Shown: positions 34,701 to 46,800 of the stretch, piece by piece
Layout of the letters: every line of letters begins with the position of its first letter
How positions within the stretch are numbered: the stretch's first letter is position 1
Assembly (NCBI GenBank): GCA_977016875.1
Contig: CDRNST010000085.1
Location: 310,001-374,000 of the forward strand
Direction of reading: 5' to 3'
DNA: 64,000 nt
DNA from: Pavona decussata
Taxonomy: Eukaryota
The notes under the pieces: generated by a model
Databases searched by the model: none
Told to the model about the DNA's origin: nothing
The model's input: the letters and a program-made list of their open reading frames with translations, nothing else
Program-made: the position numbers and the translations under genes

Positions 34701-37379
34701 TTCATGTTAAAGAAGTGTTCCATTTGCAAATGTGTATAATCATCGAAATTATACATGTAAATCTAAATGTATTTTATTAACCATTTTCAGATCACAACCT
34801 GTCACATATCTATTTGAAGACCTACATTGTCCCAGACCATAAAAAAGCCACAAAGAAAAAGACTTCTTTGCTAATGCTGGGGCGTAAAGATGGAAGTCAA
34901 AGTTCAAGCAGCAATGTTGCGAGCTGGGATGATGAGGGGGATGACCATGGCAAACGTTCACGAAAGCGAGCTGGACAAAGATTAGTATCGTCTCTAAAGA
35001 GAGGAACTCGCTTCTCATTAAAGAAGAAGAGGGAACAGGATCAAGGTATTTTGATCAATTATACAATTTCCTGTGTCAATTTTACTTAAATACTTCAATA
35101 TCTGCTGGGCAGTACTTCTAAGAAGACATATACAGTAGTGACCAGACGCCCATTACATTTTATCTAATTACAGTTACCAGCATATGGGCTACTCATTGTC
35201 TTAAACCATAGTTTCAGTTAAAGTGGATTCGAAAGTTAGAACCACTTACAAAACAAGTCTTGCTCAACCTTATCAAAGAACTTGCTTATCACCTTATGTG
35301 TACAGCTATTTCAATTAACGTTGTCGGATTAAAATTAAGCTAAAAGACAAGACCGCAATGTTTTGTGGGATTATTTTTTATGAATAATTTCATCAACATC
35401 ATCCCTGCACATGCAGGTCATTGTACTGCTAATTAGAACCTATTGTTTTCTCCAGGCATGACTGATTTTGATGAATTTATTCATAAAAATCCCACATAAA
35501 CTTTCGGTCTTGTCTTTTAGCTTCATGCTTTGAACCAACAACGTGAATTGAAATAGCTGTATATTTACAACTTGCTGTTATATTTTGTTCAATCGGATCA
35601 ATAATAATTCTAATTAATTTTTCTGATTTCTTATCACAGTCATTTGCCCACCAGAAAACATGGTAGCCATCTTTCGTATTTCCACGGCCTTTAATGAAAC
35701 CTTCCGTTACGATTCTGCTGACTTAAGGAAAGTGAACTTTGACACTTCCAACATACTGCTGACGCTGTGTGGTCGTAATCGAGTTACAATACAGTCGCAA
35801 ACGATCGCCTGTCTGTCCATTCCATTTGCTAGCTGTGCCAAATATGGTACCCCTCAGTGGCATCCACTATTATATAGAATTATACTGCCGAGTGGTCAAT
35901 ATGTTGAAGAACGTCCGCCACTGAGGACATCCAGTTCATGGGATCAACAAGGTATGTTTAATGTGATCGCAAATTATTGGGACAGTCCAGTTTTCAGCTG
36001 CCCCCCCCCCCCCCCCCCTCAAGGATGGCGAGTCTTTTTTGAGGGGGTATAGGATTTTTTTTTCAAAGGAGCCGCCAAAATCTGGACCCTTTTTGTTCCT
36101 TTTTCAATGGCACCACAACAAATGATTCTCTTCAAAGGATGTCAACAAAAATTTGAGGCATCAGATTTCCGCCATCCTTTAGCAAAGGTGTGTGTTGGGG
36201 GGGGAGGGGGTGCGGACGAAACTGCAACATCATATTGTGACAGTGAGAACTGAGATACATACAATTCAAATTGATCAATTGTGGAATCCAATTTTATGGG
36301 AGATGATTGGTTACAGAAAAATAAGCTTACTGCTCAGTCGCTTTCATTATTTTGAATTGTCACACATGTGAATCGAAAGGCTAGAACCAACTTAATAACT
36401 TGTACGGAATAGCACCCTCCCCCCCCCCCCCCTGCCGTCACCCCCTCTACTCCTATATATAAGCTTAGTTTTCGTTTGAATAGGCCAAATTTTGAATTTT
36501 TTAAGCTTAACCTTTCTAGCTACAAAGGAAGCGTAAGCTTAGCTAAATGGGCGAAGTGAATAACATACCCTGAGCATTTCAATTCTGGGCTAAACTGAGC
36601 ACTCTGAAAACTAGAAAAATCACTCACCAAATTGTGTCATTTCTTCTGTAGGTGGAAGAACGCAAAGCGAAAGAAGAAGCCTGGCTTGGAATGACATGTC
36701 AATGTCCATGCCAAACATAGAATTGGCTTCGTCATCAGCTCCGACGTCACAGACGTTTCCACGCACTAGCCAGGGAGGGGAGAGTGGATTTCCGGCTGAC
36801 GGATCCAGGCGGTTCAAGAAACACAGTGGAGCTGGAAAGGTGCTGAAAAAAGAATTTCAACTCCTTAAGGGCAAGAGAAACTACAGATATCAAAATGGCG
36901 GATCTGAGGGGCGAATGGCACGAGAAGAAACTGCGGTGTGTGATTTTGGCAACGATGTGGAGGTCAGTTCGCGCTCAGCGCTTCCTCCGCGACCAAGCCA
37001 CACAGGCAGCGATTTGAACAAAACCCTTCGGGAACAGAATCGAGATATCGCAAGTAAACTAAGAGATATTCCAAGAAATCGAATGGACGAGAATAGAAGG
37101 AACACTATCAGTGATCTGGACAGTAGCTTACACGACGATGCACCGGAAGTGGTTTCATTGGACGAGGAAGAAACCACGTCAAGACCGGAACTGGAACATA
37201 GGTCATCGTTTGCTCGCTCGCTGAAATACAGTCGAGCCTTTCAGCAGAAAAATTCGGCGCATCGACGCGATGTTGTGTTAAATGACGTTGAATGCGAAGA
37301 TTTTGAAGCCGAGATTCCAGATGCTCCGTTTGCAGTATCTAACTTTTACGGCCGCAAGAGCGGAATCGCATGTAACTGA
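31766..37379 (+). CDS. Uncharacterised ankyrin-repeat + C2-domain protein with long disordered C-terminus (8 exons, 666 aa)
   Basis: Exons 31766-32150, 32934-32995, 33423-33534, 34351-34401, 34546-34641, 34791-35045, 35640-35951, 36652-37379. GT-AG, phases consistent, 2001 nt. About 3 ankyrin repeats (GWTALHEAASCG, TPIHLAAKNGHLEVV). C2 strands GEIKVSASFN..TLIVHI, YLKTYIVPD..KKKT, FNETFRY, LLTLC, QWHPL. AATAAA ~37873. Confidence 0.85.
35301..35561. mobile_element. Palindromic MITE in intron 6 of the ankyrin-C2 gene
   Basis: tacagctatttcaatt..gctaaaagacaagaccg / cggtcttgtcttttagc..aattgaaatagctgta; arms run nearly to the centre. Confidence 0.75.
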
Positions 37380-38014
37380 TCTCATGTAACTCATTCATTA
37401 ACTTTTTCGCTGGTTTCTTTTTAGCAGAATTTCCAAGAATTATACTTAAAGTTATGGTTTGATGTCATGCTACCAAGTGTAATCTCGCAGCGGTTCGCCT
37501 TATATAATTCTCGTGATTTTGGAGAAGAATTATATTGAACCCTTTGATATTGTATAAGGTATATAATAACATTTCTTCACCATTAAAGAATGTCGTTAGG
37601 ATTTAACTGAAATAGTAGAAGAAAAGGTAGATGATTTACAATGAAACACTCTTAAACAACAATGTAGCTTTATTTTGGACTGAGTTACTTTAAAATTCGT
37701 GAAGCCGTTGCGTGTTTTTATGACTTCACAGTTGTCAGCTTTGTAAATTATAAAGTACAAAAGATTTATTTTAACTATTTTTGTTTAAAACATCTATGAA
37801 AATGTAAATAGGATAGGGATTTTTTTTAATTATGTCGGGATCCATTGAGTTGTTAAGTGGATATTGCTGAAAAATAAAGTTGGTTTTTGATCTTTCCAGC
37901 ATTTAGTCTCTCTGACAAGCTCTAGCTAATTGGAAGAGATTGGACACTGAAGCCACCCGTCTTTTCCAATCCTTAAACGGGAGAACACTTTCCTTTGAAC
38001 GCGAGTTGCCGTGC

Positions 38015-38411
38015 AATAGACCCTTCTCCAAAATGGCGGCAACAGATTTGAATGAGTTAAAATTGAACTGAATTAATGAAAAACTGATACCAGCACTGGA
38101 AAGAGCACCTTTACTTTAGTAACCTTGCAAAGTTTCAGCATATTAGGTGTTATATCAGCTTAGGAAATGTAAGATGAAATTTGACAAATTTACAGACGTT
38201 TGTATAACTGGGGTTATACGTCATACCCCCAGTCATGCAAACGTCCGTAAATTTTTCATTTTTCAACTTACATTTTCTCAGCTGATATTACACCTGATAT
38301 GCTGAAACGTTGCAGGGTTACTAAAGTAAAAGTGCTCGTTCTAATGCTGGTATACGTTTTTAATTTTAACTTACTTGAATTTTCGGCCGCTATTTTGGAG
38401 AAGGGTCTATT
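38015..38411. mobile_element. ~400-bp full-length palindromic MITE (AATAGACC...GGTCTATT)
   Basis: Arms aatagacccttctccaaaat / attttggagaagggtctatt are complementary through to a small loop near 38215. Confidence 0.85.
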
Positions 38412-39483
38412 CCAAATACATGTTGTGTCAGAGTTGTGGGTCAGTATTATGCAAAGGAACTTTTAGTTGGGGGGGAGGGGGGTAGGGGGTTCGAGGAGAA
38501 TTTCTTTCCTTCCCAAGAGCGGAGCATACTTTTTGAGGGAATTGTGTGTTTTAACGTTGGTCGGGCTTCGCAATGAAAACAAGTTGAAATACGAAGCTGA
38601 CAACACATTTTGTGTCATATACCCTTTAAACAGCTAACCTTGTTCATGTTCGTTGTTTCTTTGTATTCTTCTTGTTTGTATTTTGACTCTCCCTTTCATC
38701 AAAAGGAAGCTCGACTCGTACAACTGTAACTCCAAGAAAGACAGTTGTTGGCTTCACACTACAAGCTAAGTTAGTTTCAAGTAAGCACTTTATTCAAGTG
38801 CACTTGAAAATCTCAAGTCGCACTTTAGAAAACTTGGCTTCACACCTGGTGACAAAGTATACACTTGAAGCGCAAGCTGTCAATCATCCTTCGCGGTAAA
38901 ATCAGAAATGCGACTGCTCGCCGGAAAATCATGAAGCCTTTACAACGGAAAAACGTTTTGTGTTGTTTACTCTTTATTTTGTCTTTAATTTTAACTCAGA
39001 GAGTTTTAACATTACCGGAAATGCATAGGTACTTCATTGTTTACGAGTACTTGGCGACAAAACAAAAAGAACAGGCGACATCTTCTGAACTGAAAATCGA
39101 TGGTTCAGGCTGTCCGTAAAGATGAAATTCCAACAAGATCGTAAGTTTAAATCGGCTTTTCCTTCTTTTTTATGTTTACTTACAAAAAAGACTGTTCCAT
39201 GGAGTCCTCAAACTGCGAGGCGTATCTCCAACCATCCATTTTGATTTTTTTTAAAATTAATTTTAGTTCACGGCAAAATGTTTATCTCTCCTGGCACCGC
39301 AGCACGTGGCTTTCAATTGGTTTCCCTTTCCCTATTGGTCAAGTACGTTCTCAAGTGTGGTGTTGGCCATACTTGGCGGCGTACTTCGGCTTCTTTGAAC
39401 TGCGAAAGTTTCCATGGTCACTAAGTAAAGTTCAAGTTGGTAGGTTTTACCCCTTCACACTCAAAGTAGGTTTCAAGTGCCGC

Positions 39484-39806
39484 AAAACAATAGGTTTAAT
39501 GAGCAAAAACAATCGTTCTGCACGAGCGTTTTACATTTTGGTACATTTCTTTGCCGTCCTCTGCAAAGCAACAACGTGAAATGACCTTATTTAGGTTTTG
39601 TGGAGAACGCGAACGCACGACGGTGAATTTTTCATTTTCTTTCTTAACTTGTACGCCACTCATACCAATTTTGGTTCCTGGATAGTTCGCCATTTTTGTG
39701 AAAGTTGAGCGAGTTGAAATAATTGCGAAGTAGCACAAATGAAATAAAGATACATTTTCAGGTGACGTTTTCCCCGCCGTTGCTGTCGTCGTTGCTTAAG
39801 CTCCAT
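39484..39806. mobile_element. Truncated interspersed repeat ending in GTCGTCGTTGCTTAAGCTCC
   Basis: Recognised as an abundant anthozoan repeat (cacgagcgttttacattttggtacatttctttgccgtcctctgc). Only one terminus is present. Source of ORFs 39172+ (3' part) and 39496-. Confidence 0.6.
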
Positions 39807-40544
39807 ATTTATGTGTCATGACCACTGACATCCATGTCCTCGTTGCCGTGACCACTTGCTTGCGCTTTGATCACATTTCCTTACTACATTTTTTCCAAAT
39901 GTGGCAGTACTCGACCTTGGCAGTAGTCCAGGACAAGTAAATATTAAGTTTGGGCTATACTAAAATTTAAGGATTACTAGCCACTGGACTACTCCCATAA
40001 TATATATATACGAAAAGAAATATAAACAGATTCCGTTGATCATTAAAGAGGAATAAGAAAGAAAGTGGGTTTTATCGCACTTTACAACAATAGCCTCAAG
40101 GTGATGCCTTTTGGTTAGTAAATTTTACACCTCACTAGCAGAAGGTCTAGTCAGTAAAAATTTAGGTCGAGAACTGTGTGGATTCTTGCACTAATATTAA
40201 AGTCGTTTAGAAACTGTTCATTTTTGACTGACAACTTTCAAACTACAAATTGCCGATGCGGAAAAGACTAAGTTTGGATCGAGATAGTCTTTGAATTGAA
40301 CCAGTTCTGTTATTCGCGCATACCTCGTAAGGCATAAGCCTGGTGGCCTTGCACCAAATAGTTAGTTAAAGTAAAACATGGCTCGCCTTCATTAGGAAAC
40401 AGCTGCGAGACACATGGCCTGACTGTTGGTAATTAAGCGCGCGCCTTGATCGAACAGTCGCAAAATACAGCACGAGCTCACGAGTAGTGTCGTCTCGGGC
40501 AAAAGCTGACTATTATCGCCCCTTAAATAACATTATCACCTTAC

Positions 40545-40760
40545 CGTCTGATTTCTTTTCCCGTGAATCCCTGTTTCCCTCCGATTAATTCCTCTCTCCG
40601 ATGGCCGTCCTCCGACTTTACACTGCCGCCATTTTGAAATTTTACTCAGTTCCAGTTCTACGCGCTTAAATACGCCGCTCTCTGAAATATCCCAAGATAC
40701 CCACTGCTCTTGCCGCATGCAAAGCGCACGTTCTGATTGGTCAGAAACAGTATACTGCGT
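40545..40760 (-). promoter_or_regulatory. Orphan Pol II promoter-like region with a putative non-coding first exon
   Basis: On the - strand, in order: CCAATC (40735-40740), TATTTAA (40666-40672), AAAATGGCGG YY1-like (40626-40635), donor ACG|GTAAGG at 40544. Locally CpG-rich. Confidence 0.4.
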
Positions 40761-42989
40761 GCCTTGATTGAGTACTTGCACGCACGGCACGCGCCTTCAT
40801 GCAAGCAGCCGCGCCCTCGAGGACCAAATTTTGACTGAAAATTCAGTTGAAACAGGTGTATTGTAAAGCGTCGTTGCGGTCGTAAAGGTAAAATGCACAG
40901 TTATTTTGTCCTTAGCCTTCTGTATTTACAATACTAATAATACTTGCAATGCTCACAATACTTTCAATACCTCACACTACTTACAATTCTGTTACAATAC
41001 TAATAATATTTACAGTACTTACAGTACTTAAATTGTGCAAAATATGTTTTCAGGGAAGTGGGAAAGGGAGGGGGGAGGGAGTGAGGAAAACTTAAGAGTG
41101 ATTAGATGTTCACATACATATAAAATCTCTAACTGAAGAGGTTCCCATTTTCTGCTCTCCCCAGGCATTGTTTGATTCTTTATAATTATGTTTAGTTATG
41201 ACATAAAACTGTCTAAAATTGCGATCCTCTCTTTACTTCTGCAAAGCCAAATGGAGAATTTTACAAGTAAGAAGATGAAGTTAGCTGTTTTGAGGTCATT
41301 GGATGGCATCAAACCTAAATCAATAAGCTGATTAAGATGATAGTTTTTTGGAAGACTTTTTAAGCTGCTGTAAAAAGGAAACCAGATGTTTAAAAAAAGT
41401 TGTTTTCAGCTGCTAGACCAGAAAAGATGAAGGATCATTTCAGGTTCCTCACAACAAAAGGTACAGCTTGTATCGCGTTTATATAACCCATTTTAACAAA
41501 AAAAAGTGGTAAAAAAAATGGTATTCAGCCGACCAGTTTCGTACTTACAAAACATTTTTACCATTACTATACTTTGCCTTGATAAGCGGTGCGATCTTTT
41601 CAGGAACTTTTCCTCATGTAACCAGCGCAAGGCAAAAATCACCCATGTATTCCCTCTTTCACAGGCTACGAACATCTTAAATCTCTTTTGTTATCAGTAT
41701 CACTAATGAAGGAGTTGAGAAAGGATCTGCTAGCAGGGTAACGGCAACACAAGAAGCCCTCGTATATTGTCGCAAGGAGTCCAACTTATGGAAACGTTTC
41801 GCGAATTTGTTTTGCCATTTCACCTGAGCGACTAAAACTAAATAGGCGATTTTTATTCTACACGCAATTTTTGAAATAATCGCGTCTTCTTGCAAGTAAA
41901 AAGTCCCTTGTCCAACCTTGGTCTAAACAGAGTTAGCTTTTTGACCCCTAGACGCGATTTCTTTAAGGCAATTGAAGTAACAGTTTTCCGGCAGAAACTG
42001 CTCCTACTGTTACAGAGTCTATTTAAAAATTTCCAAAGGAAATATCCCAACCCTCCACCCTTCCCACCCCCGCCCCTTCCCCACGCTATCCCACTCACGC
42101 CTCCGATTTAACCTGAAATTATCTATTTTGACTATTCGCGAACAATTTTTGAATTAACTAGAACGTAAACTTTTCGAAAAACATCATGATTCAGAAATCC
42201 TGGAACACCTCAAGAAGTACACGCACTTCGATTGCTTACTGTTCACTGTGAAAAACCCTATCAGATTGACAGTTGAAGAACGAACGACAAGCAGCAAGGG
42301 TTATCAAAATCAGTCAGTGCAAACCAAAAGAGATGGAACCGCGGCCTATTACAATTCACGTTTCCTTTATTGCTTTCATCCAACATTGTATTCCCTTGTG
42401 GCTTCAAATAGGAATTTTCAGTTACGCACAAGCATCCAACAAAACCCTCTAGAAAACCATAACTGCTTCAGTTACTTTCTAAGGGAATTATGTATCCAGG
42501 TGTGTGCTTTTTTTATGATTGAATTGTGCGAGTTTTTGTTGCCTATGTTCCGTTTCCAGATTAGAACAGAAAGTAGAAAACTTTCGTACCATTTTATCAT
42601 TTCTTCGTCCGCTGCTAGTCCAGTATCAACCTGCCCCCTGCTTCTATGAAACAGAGTCACTCGCACAACACGCGACCTCTTTCGGTTGATCTGCATTTAT
42701 AGAAAAAAAATATATTTACTGATGATCCTAACTAGTTTTCTCCCTGAAAATGGCTAACACCCAGACCGTCACACGTGCTTTTATCATTTTTATTCCGGCC
42801 GTTGAGGTATTGTTCCTGGTGTTTCGTGTTCAGCTAAATTGCTCTTTGTTAGCTCAAGAACACACTTCCAAATGGTACAACAAAGATGGCCGCCATTAAT
42901 TAGTGTCAGCTTGGTCAGTGATGAAGGAAAAACACTTTCCAAAGCGCGAATTACTTCAGTCTTAGATTTTACTTAATTCTCTTCTGAGA

Positions 42990-43540
42990 GTTTTCAGTAG
43001 TTGCAATCTATTTAATAGTGCCTTTGTTCACGGAGAATCTCTAAAATGACTCCCACAGCCTCCTCCATAGAGTGGTATTGACAAGGTACAATCAACAGGT
43101 GTAATCAAGCTATTCAACAGTACTCGGTCAAACATCTGATTATGTTAAGTGCAGTATATAGTACCGACTGAATTAAAAACGTCTGGTGCTTGCATGAAAC
43201 CTTAAGGCTTTATCATTAAAGTATAAAAGCTATTCAACAGTACTTTGCTGTGGTTTATGTGTATTATACTGCACTAGGTGCATTTTTGTAACTTTTATGC
43301 CCGTTGCTACAATCTTCAAGTGCGTTCATTCGAGTTAAACAACCCTTTTTCGTGGTACTGTTTATCATTTATGCTTAAAAAGTTGGTTATAACTTTGCAT
43401 CTCTGCATCAAATCCTGAACCATAACCGTTCAATTCAAGCTATCCGGCGAATAGTTCTAACTTACAAGCCTGTAGATCAAAAGATTGCGAGGTCCTAAGG
43501 TGTGACCGTTTCACTATAAGCTATTGAAAAGTATCGCATC
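42990..43540. repeat. Degenerate ~100-bp satellite-like repeat
   Basis: Recurrent aagctattcaacagtact / tgtgacc / gttctaactt motifs. Related decayed copies at ~19430-19530. Confidence 0.5.
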
Positions 43541-43556
43541 TCACACTCTTGCCATT

Positions 43557-43861
43557 TAACAATTAGATTATGAGCTCCAGATTTCTATCGCGTGATAGTT
43601 GATGAGGGCGAAGCCCGAATCAACTATCACGCATAGAAATCGAGAGCGAATAATCTAATTGTTTTAGTATAAATCTACTAGTCGTTCAAAACTAAACAAG
43701 TAAATTATCTATTTCCTCATCGCAGACACTTCGAAAACGCGAAGAAGCGGGCGCCATTTTGTTGAAAATCGCTACTCACTATCTATCACAGAATAGATAG
43801 CGAGTAGCTTAGCCAATCAGAGAACGGCATTCGTGATAGAACACTAGTAGATTTATACTAA
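43557..43861. mobile_element. Non-autonomous element with a terminal ~105-nt hairpin (GCGAAGC loop) and asymmetric 19-bp inverted repeats
   Basis: Hairpin 43558-43663 (aacaattagatta..tttctat.gcgtgatagttgat / atcaactatcacgcatagaaa..taatctaattgtt). Inverted repeat TTAGTATAAATCTACTAGT at 43664-43682 and 43843-43861. Confidence 0.75.
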
Positions 43862-46800
43862 TGAATAATAGAACATGAGGGACGCTGTTAAAAGGCTGAG
43901 TCCTACTGGTGTAGAAACACCTTTTCACATACAATCAACAGGTTGATTCATCAAGACTGAAAAAGAACGCGCAGACCGTGGGAATCGATCAGTCATCCCT
44001 GTACACCTGCCATATTAACATTGTGCGCAACAAAAGACGACAAAAAGCACTCGAATCACTGACACGTGTCACAGCGACACCCACACGTGTGCGATGAAAT
44101 GATCAAGCATTCGAAAACACGATCACGAACGCTCGAACAATGGTCGTGTGCTTGATCATTTGTTCCAAGCATAAACAAACCGTGGGAAAGACAGGATTTG
44201 ATCAGAAATCGCAGCCAGAGCTCACTTTTCGTCAAATAAACAAGAACTGTCGCGGGTGACTCGATACACGCGCGGAACAATAAGCTAATCCGGTGTGGGT
44301 CCTCTCAAGTTTGTTTTCTGTTTTTTGGCGAGATCTGAAGCGCACTTTCATGTCATAAGTTAATTCTGGGATAACAAAAAGGCGTCTATGAGCAATATTC
44401 AAGTGTCACAGACGAGGGATTTTGCGCTTTTCAGTTTTTTTTTAAACTCGTGCCGCGGCGCACGTTCAGTGAAAACATTATGCCACTTCGCTCACAGCGC
44501 TCAAAATTAAATAAAACTGAAAACAAAAAAAGACACTTGTCATTTCCTAGAGCATTAAAAACAAACATCACTACAAGAAAAGGCTAAGGATAAATGGCTT
44601 TCTGTTTGAAAGGTTTTCATCCACACGCTCAACAAGTATCTACAAAGTCAGTGGCTCGTGGCTCGATTTTTGGAGTGAAAGAATTTTCGCTCTCATGTTC
44701 TGATTTTCCTGAGGTCTTAACACTGTTGAAAGAATGAAATATCAAAATTCTTGTACCCTACTTTGAACGAGTTCGAGGTCAGTGCGCTAAGCTTGTTTTC
44801 GCCTTGTTTATTTAGGAAACTAATTTGTTTGGCTGAGAAAAGCGAAGCCACGCGCGCTTAGTCATTTCCTACATTAGCGCGCCATAATTCAATTGCATCT
44901 GATTTAAAATCAGACACCGGCGATATCAATCTTTTTCATTGATTTGCTTGATCCCTTATCACTGGTCAAAAGCGTCTCTGACACGTGGGGATTGAACGCT
45001 CAAACGTTTTCGAGCAAGCAACGTAAGACCAAAAAGTTCCCACGGTTTATGCAACGAGAACCAATAACGCAAAGCTGTCGCTTTGTTCCGCACATGGCCC
45101 ATTTAATGGAAACAGGTCATTAAATGAGGCGATTCAATCAAACGACCACCTGAAAATTAGATCGTGGCGACGCGGCCGCGAAAAGCCAAGTGCGAGTTGT
45201 CTTTTGCGGGTATATTGATTCTCTGAGGCGAGAAAAGTGGATTGGATCAAGAAAGAATGAGAACAACAGATGGCGAAAAGACAATGGCGCACCTGCCTTG
45301 ATAATAAGGAGTTTACAAAGAAGCACGTGGCGATAATTATAATGAACGAAGCTAATTAACCTGTTCGATATTTGATGCAATGTTTAGACGGGGATTCAGT
45401 TGTCGGGAGTAATGACTGCAAGCCGACGGGAAAAGATTTTCATTTTGAAATATATAACAGCCGAGAAAATATAACATACTGCGCATTAAGACAGTCTTGG
45501 TGCTTGTTTAATTTCAGGTCTCACTTGCAAAACAATGGGAAGCAATTGTTGAGGTTAGAGCGCGTTTTTGTCTCCCATTAATTCCATTTTGTTTTGCGTT
45601 TCTACCGGGATTGTTTTCCTGAAAGAAAATAGAAATGCAAACATTATTCTTTTGTGCGAGTGAAACTGACAATCTGTTTGTCTCTTGATCGCTGTGTAAA
45701 GTTTGTAACGTTGCTTACTCCAGTCGCTGTTTGTTGATCTGAACAGAGGTGCAGCGTTCACGAATGCAAGATATCTGTTTTACACTTGCTGTATTAGTTG
45801 GAAGAAAGAAAGGAAAAGGTGAGAATTTTAATTTAGTCGTGCAAAAGTTTCTACTTTTCTTTGAAAAGGCTAAGCTGATAGGTTGATATGCACGCTTAAA
45901 GACTCACGCGTCGGGCCAAAATACTTATCTCTCCCAGGAATTGAGGAAATGTAGCCGAAAGTTGCATTTGTAAAAACTGATTCTTTAGCTGCAAAATAGT
46001 ACACCTCTTTTCTTCAATTCAAACTGTCTTTTTGTCGGCTTTTCATTTTCCCGGGGATAAAAATCTGTCGGTAAGATGGTATATTTGGTCTACAGAGTTA
46101 AGTCGATTAGAAGGACTGCGTCTGTTTTTTAATTCCCTTTAAGGCGACGTGTTATGAATATTCTTAAGCTGAAGGGAGTTAGAATGATTTTGTTTGCAAA
46201 ACATGCCGAGCCAATATCACCGATATCAGATCAGCAACGAGGCTTTTACAGCTTGTTTTTGCGATATTGAAATTAGTAGGAAGCTTGACATCCGGTAGAC
46301 TCGATTTCGCTATTGTGTTAAGTCGACTCAACTTTTTGCAATCACAATCGTTTATTACTCAACTGTAGAGAAATCCAGCTCTTTTACACTGATTGAACTT
46401 CCGAAATTGAAAATGCCATTGTTAAATTCTTCCATTATAAGGGCAGTTTTGTTGTATCAGTATTAGTACTAAAACCCGGAAAGCTATTGTATCTGCCCAT
46501 TTCATCTCTACTCTCGGTCGAATTAATTCAAGGACCTCTTATCACGTTTGAAAAATCTTGGTCGGCACTTACCAAACATCAGCTGCAAAACACCAATCAG
46601 GAAGTTCTTTTCGCTAGCAGGGCAGCTGGTGTACGGCGTTAGGAATGAATTATTACTTCCTAGATCAAGGGGCATCCTCGACAAAATTTTTACTGAAGTT
46701 TTCTAACGAAAGTTACCAATCACAAACTAAAGTGCATTCGAACCAAAATTTTTGGCCTCTTTTTTAAAAACAGTCTAAATTTATCGGCCGATATTGAACT

